From the NCBI GenBank assembly GCA_964016885.1, contig OZ024745.1, forward strand, positions 28,210,001-28,274,000: 64,000 nt of DNA. Direction: 5' to 3'. A model generated the notes under the pieces. The model did no database searches. It saw only the letters and a program-made list of their open reading frames with translations, and had not been told where the DNA came from. Source of the stretch: Eledone cirrhosa (lineage: Eukaryota). A program made the position numbers and the translations under genes. Of the stretch, positions 59,955-64,000 are shown in pieces (positions within the stretch are counted from its first letter, which is position 1; the number at the start of each line of letters is the position of its first letter).

Positions 59955-62900
59955 GATAATATAGTAACTCACAGCATCTGGTTTGTTGATGTCACATCCA
60001 TAGGAAATAAGGCAGGAACATATATCCGGGTAACCGTTGAGTGCAGCATAGTGAAGGGCAGTCCTTCTGTCCTGTAACATACATTATAGAATAATATAGA
60101 GACAGATCTTTGGGTAACCACTGAGGACAGCATAGTGAAGGGCAGTCCTTCTGTCCTGTAACATACATTATAGAATAATATAGAGACAGATCTTTGGGTA
60201 ACCACTGAGGACAGCATAGTGAAGGGCAGTCCTTCTGTCCTGTAACATACATTATATAATAATATAGAGACAGATCTTTGGGTAACCACTGAGGACAGCA
60301 TAGTGAAGGGCAGTCCTTCTGTCCTGTAACATACATTATAGAATAATATAGAGACAGATCTTTGGGTAACCACTGAGGACAGCATAGTGAAGGGCAGTCC
60401 TTCTGTCCTGTAACATACATTATAGAATAATATAGAGACAGATCTTTGGGTAACCACTGAGGACAGCATAGTGAAGGGCAGTCCTTCTGTCCTATAACAT
60501 ACATTATAGAATAATATAGAGACAGATCTTTGGGTAACCACTGAGGACAGCATAGTGAAGGGCAGTCCTTCTGTCCTGTAACATACATTATAGAATAATA
60601 TAGAGACAGATCTTTGGGTAACCACTGAGGACAGCATAGTGAAGGGCAGTCCTTCTGTCCTGTAACATACATTATATAATAATATAGAGACAGATCTTTG
60701 GGTAACCACTGAGGACAGCATAGTGAAGGGCAGTCCTTCTGTCCTGTAACATACATTATAGAATAATATAGAGACAGATCTTTGGGTAACCACTGAGGAC
60801 AGCATAGTGAAGGGCAGTCCTTCTGTCCTATAACATACATTATAGAATAATATAGAGACAGATCTTTGGGTAACCACTGAGGACAGCATAGTGAAGGGCA
60901 GTCCTTCTGTCCTGTAACATACATTATAGAATAATATAGAGACAGATCTTTGGGTAACCACTGAGGACAGCATAGTGAAGGGCAGTCCTTCTGTCCTGTA
61001 ACATACATTATAGAATAATATAGAGACAGATCTTTGGGTAACCACTGAGGACAGCATAGTGAAGGGCAGTCCTTCTGTCCTGTAACATACATTATAGAAT
61101 AATATAGAGACAGATCTTTGGGTAACCACTGAGGACAGCATAGTGAAGGGCAGTCCTTCTGTCCTGTAACATACATTATAGAATAATATAGAGACAGATC
61201 TTTGGGTAACCACTGAGGACAGCATAGTGAAGGGCAGTCCTTCTGTCCTGTAACATACATTATAGAATAATATAGAGACAGATCTTTGGGTAACCACTGA
61301 GGACAGCATAGTGAAGGGCAGTCCTTCTGTCCTGTAACATACATTATATAATAATATAGAGACAGATCTTTGGGTAACCACTGAGGCCAGCATAGTGAAG
61401 GGCAGTCCTTCTGTCCTGTAACATACATTATAGAATAATATAGAGACAGATCTTTGGGTAACCACTGAGGACAGCATAGTGAAGGGCAGCCCTTCTGTCC
61501 TGTAACATACATTATAGAATAATATAGAGACAGATCTTTGGGTAACCACTGAGGACAGCATAGTGAAGGGCAGTCCTTCTGTCCTGTAACATACATTATA
61601 GAATAATATAGAGACAGATCTTTGGGTAACCACTGAGGACAGCATAGTGAAGGGCAGTCCTTCTGTCCTGTAACATACATTATAGAATAATATAGAGACA
61701 GATCTTTGGGTAACCACTGAGGACAGCATAGTGAAGGGCAGTCCTTCTGTCCTGTAACATACATTATAGAATAATATAGAGACAGATCTTTGGGTAACCA
61801 CTGAGGACAGCATAGTGAAGGGCAGCCCTTCTGTCCTGTAACATACATTATAGAATAATATAGAGACAGATCTTTGGGTAACCACTGAGGACAGCATAGT
61901 GAAGGGCAGTCCTTCTGTCCTGTAACATACATTATATAATAATATAGAGACAGATCTTTGGGTAACCACTGAGGACAGCATAGTGAAGGGCAGTCCTTCT
62001 GTCCTGTAACATACATTATAGAATAATATAGAGACAGATCTTTGGGTAACCACTGAGGACAGCATAGTGAAGGGCAGTCCTTCTGTCCTGTGACATACAT
62101 TATAGAATAATATAGAGACAGATCTTTGGGTAACCACTGAGGACAGCATAGTGAAGGGCAGTCCTTCTGTCCTGTAACATACATTATAGAATAATATAGA
62201 GACAGATCTTTGGGTAACCACTGAGGACAGCATAGTGAAGGGCAGCCCTTCTGTCCTGTAACATACATTATAGAATAATATAGAGACAGATCTTTGGGTA
62301 ACCACTGAGGACAGCATAGTGAAGGGCAGTCCTTCTGTCCTGTAACATACATTATATAATAATATAGAGACAGATCTTTGGGTAACCACTGAGGACAGCA
62401 TAGTGAAGGGCAGTCCTTCTGTCCTGTAACATACATTATAGAATAATATAGAGACAGATCTTTGGGTAACCACTGAGGACAGCATAGTGAAGGGCAGTCC
62501 TTCTGTCCTGTAACATACATTATAGAATAATATAGAGACAGATCTTTGGGTAACCACTGAGGACAGCATAGTGAAGGGCAGTCCTTCTGTCCTGTAACAT
62601 ACATTATAGAATAATATAGAGACAGATCTTTGGGTAACCACTGAGGACAGCATAGTGAAGGGCAGCCCTTCTGTCCTGTAACATACATTATAGAATAATA
62701 TAGAGACAGATCTTTGGGTAACCACTGAGGACAGCATAGTGAAGGGCAGTCCTTCTGTCCTGTAACATACATTATATAATAATATAGAGACAGATCTTTG
62801 GGTAACCACTGATGACAGCATAGTGAAGGGCAGTCCTTCTGTCCTGTAACATACATTATAGAATAATATAGAGACAGATCTTTGGGTAACCACTGAGGAC

Positions 62901-63777
62901 AGCATAGTGAAGGGCAGTCCTTCTGTCCTGTGACATACATTATAGAATAATATAGAGACAGATCTTTGGGTAACCACTGAGGACAGCATAGTGAAGGGCA
63001 GTCCTTCTGTCCTGTAACATACATTATAGAATAATATAGAGACAGATCTTTGGGTAACCACTGAGGACAGCATAGTGAAGGGCAGCCCTTCTGTCCTGTA
63101 ACATACATTATATAATAATATAGAGACAGATCTTTGGGTAACCACTGAGGACAGCATAGTGAAGGGCAGTCCTTCTGTCCTGTAACATACATTATATAAT
63201 AATATAGAGACAGATCTTTGGGTAACCACTGAGGACAGCATAGTGAAGGGCAGTCCTTCTGTCCTGTAACATACATTATAGAATAATATAGAGACAGATC
63301 TTTGGGTAACCACTGAGGACAGCATAGTGAAGGGCAGTCCTTCTGTCCTGTGACATATATTATTGAATAATGGTTTCTGATTTAGGCACAAAGCCAACAA
63401 TTTTTGGAGAGTGGAAAGTCGATTAAATCGACTTCAGTACATTACTGGTACTTCATTTTATCGATCCCTTAAGAATGAAAAATAAAGCTAACCTAAACGT
63501 GATTTGATCTCAGAGCGTATTATAGAATAATGCAACCAATCAATGCTGTAGAGTGATTGGTAATTGGAATGAAATCCAACCAGAAAAAATAAAACATGCC
63601 AAAACCTTGACTAGCACAGGAATTTAAAGTACATACTTACCCTGTCAGTGTCAAATGGGGCTCTTGCTTGAAGTAACTCCTCAACTTTATCTAGCTGGCC
63701 CTTACTTGCAGCCAACCTCAGTTTATCAGCCAATGACACTGTGGGGAGATTACTGTAGCTTACTTCTGTAGGTGGAT
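34784..63777 (-). CDS. ANKRD6: ANKRD6/diversin-like ankyrin-repeat protein; spliced gene span, 11 exons in window, more than 1250 aa, 5' end beyond window
   Basis: Exons 63777-63641, 60071-59973, 55521-55423, 54182-54084, 53995-53897, 52744-52646, 50751-50653, 40762-40685, 39853-39686, 39074-38883, 37378-34784 have AG/GT ends; six are 99-nt single-ankyrin exons. Repeat order ([48 protein letters not shown]) matches ANKRD6 as recalled. Confidence 0.85.
37445..37660 (-). mobile_element. tRNA-derived SINE (same family; further copies near 6085, 11345, 15890, 32870, 34580, 63373)
   Basis: Family motifs on the minus strand. Confidence 0.82.
38143..38398. repeat. 21-bp minisatellite ATGACCAGGGGTTCTG(C/T)TCCC, about 12 copies
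   Basis: Near-perfect tandem units. Confidence 0.95.
38883..39074 (-). CDS. ANKRD6: ANKRD6-like exon (DKDKGPEPS...[12 protein letters not shown])
   Basis: tcacag|GAT...GAG|gtaag, 192 nt, phase 0. Confidence 0.85.
39325..39643. repeat. (GGT)n/(AGT)n compound microsatellite
   Basis: Direct inspection. Confidence 0.9.
39686..39853 (-). CDS. ANKRD6: ANKRD6-like exon (SKARPHQ...[13 protein letters not shown])
   Basis: tgcag|AGT...AAA|gtaag, 168 nt, phase 0. Confidence 0.8.
40685..40762 (-). CDS. ANKRD6: ANKRD6-like exon, last ankyrin ([26 protein letters not shown])
   Basis: tcccag|CAA...AAG|gtaatt, 78 nt. Confidence 0.85.
40965..50320. repeat. 9.3-kb intronic satellite, unit ACATCTTCACATCAC(CAT)nCA(ACA)CT, modal 31 bp, roughly 300 copies
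   Basis: Continuous tandem array between ANKRD6 exons 50653 and 40762; almost no G on the + strand. Confidence 0.97.
50653..50751 (-). CDS. ANKRD6: ANKRD6-like ankyrin exon ([33 protein letters not shown])
   Basis: attag|AAC...AAG|gtgag, 99 nt. Confidence 0.92.
50925..51106 (-). mobile_element. Young SINE with 18-bp TSD, nested in an older tRNA-SINE
   Basis: GCAAGACAACAAAATAAT at 50907-50924 and 51107-51124. Confidence 0.9.
51790..52030 (+). mobile_element. Decayed RTE reverse transcriptase fragment
   Basis: Frameshifted VKVGVHQ and [11 protein letters not shown] motifs. Confidence 0.7.
52646..52744 (-). CDS. ANKRD6: ANKRD6-like ankyrin exon ([33 protein letters not shown])
   Basis: ttctag|TAT...AAG|gtaag, 99 nt. 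Confidence 0.92.
53897..53995 (-). CDS. ANKRD6: ANKRD6-like ankyrin exon ([33 protein letters not shown])
   Basis: ttacag|AGT...AAT|gtaagt, 99 nt. Confidence 0.92.
54084..54182 (-). CDS. ANKRD6: ANKRD6-like ankyrin exon ([33 protein letters not shown])
   Basis: tgcag|CAT...AAG|gtcagt, 99 nt; not in the ORF track in this frame. Confidence 0.92.
54275..54459 (-). mobile_element. Young SINE with 13-bp TSD inside a degenerate ACATGTTTGATAG minisatellite
   Basis: ATATGGTAATAAT at 54262-54274 and 54460-54472. Confidence 0.88.
55423..55521 (-). CDS. ANKRD6: ANKRD6-like ankyrin exon ([33 protein letters not shown])
   Basis: ttcag|ATT...GAG|gtaaa, 99 nt. Confidence 0.92.
56755..56991 (+). mobile_element. 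RTE LINE 3' fragment
   Basis: [22 protein letters not shown]...[11 protein letters not shown]. Confidence 0.8.
58414..58458 (-). ncRNA. Minimal type-I hammerhead ribozyme on the ANKRD6 sense strand
   Basis: Minus strand AGUCA-CUGAAGA-G-GUCAC(AGAGUGU)GUGAC-GAAA-GGAC-UA-UGACU; 5-bp stems I and II, intact core. Confidence 0.72.
59000..59490 (-). mobile_element. R4/Dong-clade LINE 3' fragment with restriction-like endonuclease
   Basis: RHDEVAK...WWN...[10 protein letters not shown]...VEVSCP...K..IY; both ends abut (TACA)n or (TA)n. Confidence 0.85.
59973..60071 (-). CDS. ANKRD6: ANKRD6-like ankyrin exon ([33 protein letters not shown])
   Basis: ttacag|GAC...GCT|gtgagt, 99 nt. Confidence 0.9.
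60044..63368 (-). repeat. 84-bp tandem array: 39 extra copies of the ANKRD6 3' splice site plus exon start, fused to the real exon
   Basis: Exon-start equivalents from 60071 to 63347 (3276 = 39 x 84); unit GACAGAAGGACTGCCCTTCACTATGCTGTCCTCAGTGGTTACCCAAAGATCTGTCTCTATATTATTCTATAATGTATGTTACAG. Confidence 0.97.
63641..63777 (-). CDS. ANKRD6: ANKRD6-like exon (PPTEV...[31 protein letters not shown])
   Basis: ttacag|AT...AGG|gtaagt, 137 nt; first ankyrin repeat. Confidence 0.85.
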
Positions 63778-63887
63778 CTGTAATGAAGAGAGAGACATAT
63801 ATATATATATATGTATATATATATAAGGGATAACAAAATACTGTTAGAGGTAATCCAGTTAGAGGTTGTGAATACTTCGTATTATGG

Positions 63888-64000
<113 letters not shown>

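Noticed and set aside
60044-63368. CRISPR array, or Dscam-style mutually exclusive exon cluster
   Set aside because: No unique spacers or cas genes; units are near-identical, truncated and contain stops, so they cannot diversify the protein
59969-63400. 1143-aa and 1094-aa repeat ORFs as real proteins
   Set aside because: Off-frame readings of the 84-bp array; the ankyrin frame has TAA in every unit

Overview
AT-rich, microsatellite-dense animal genomic DNA. The SINE/LINE and (TA)n/(GAT)n landscape suggests an octopus or other coleoid cephalopod; this is inference. Two convergent spliced genes can be rebuilt exon by exon from GT-AG sites and reading phase. On + is mitochondrial acetyl-CoA acetyltransferase (ACAT1/T2 thiolase; 12 coding exons, 11996-31123, first exon/start unresolved). 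On - is an ANKRD6/diversin-like ankyrin protein (11 exons, 63777-34784, 5' end outside the window). The introns hold a young 5'-truncated RTE LINE, decayed RTE/BovB and R4/Dong remnants, many tRNA-derived SINEs, several minisatellites and a 9.3-kb satellite. Most unusual: (1) an 84-bp array of 39 extra copies of an ANKRD6 splice acceptor plus exon start, stacked in front of the real exon, with older decayed splice-site duplications in ACAT1; (2) the exon fused to that array has Arg (AGA) at the conserved ankyrin Gly, a candidate A-to-I recoding or gene-conversion site; (3) several minimal type-I hammerhead ribozymes and palindromic TA-flanked elements (Penelope-like relics). The giant ORFs in the track are repeat artefacts.
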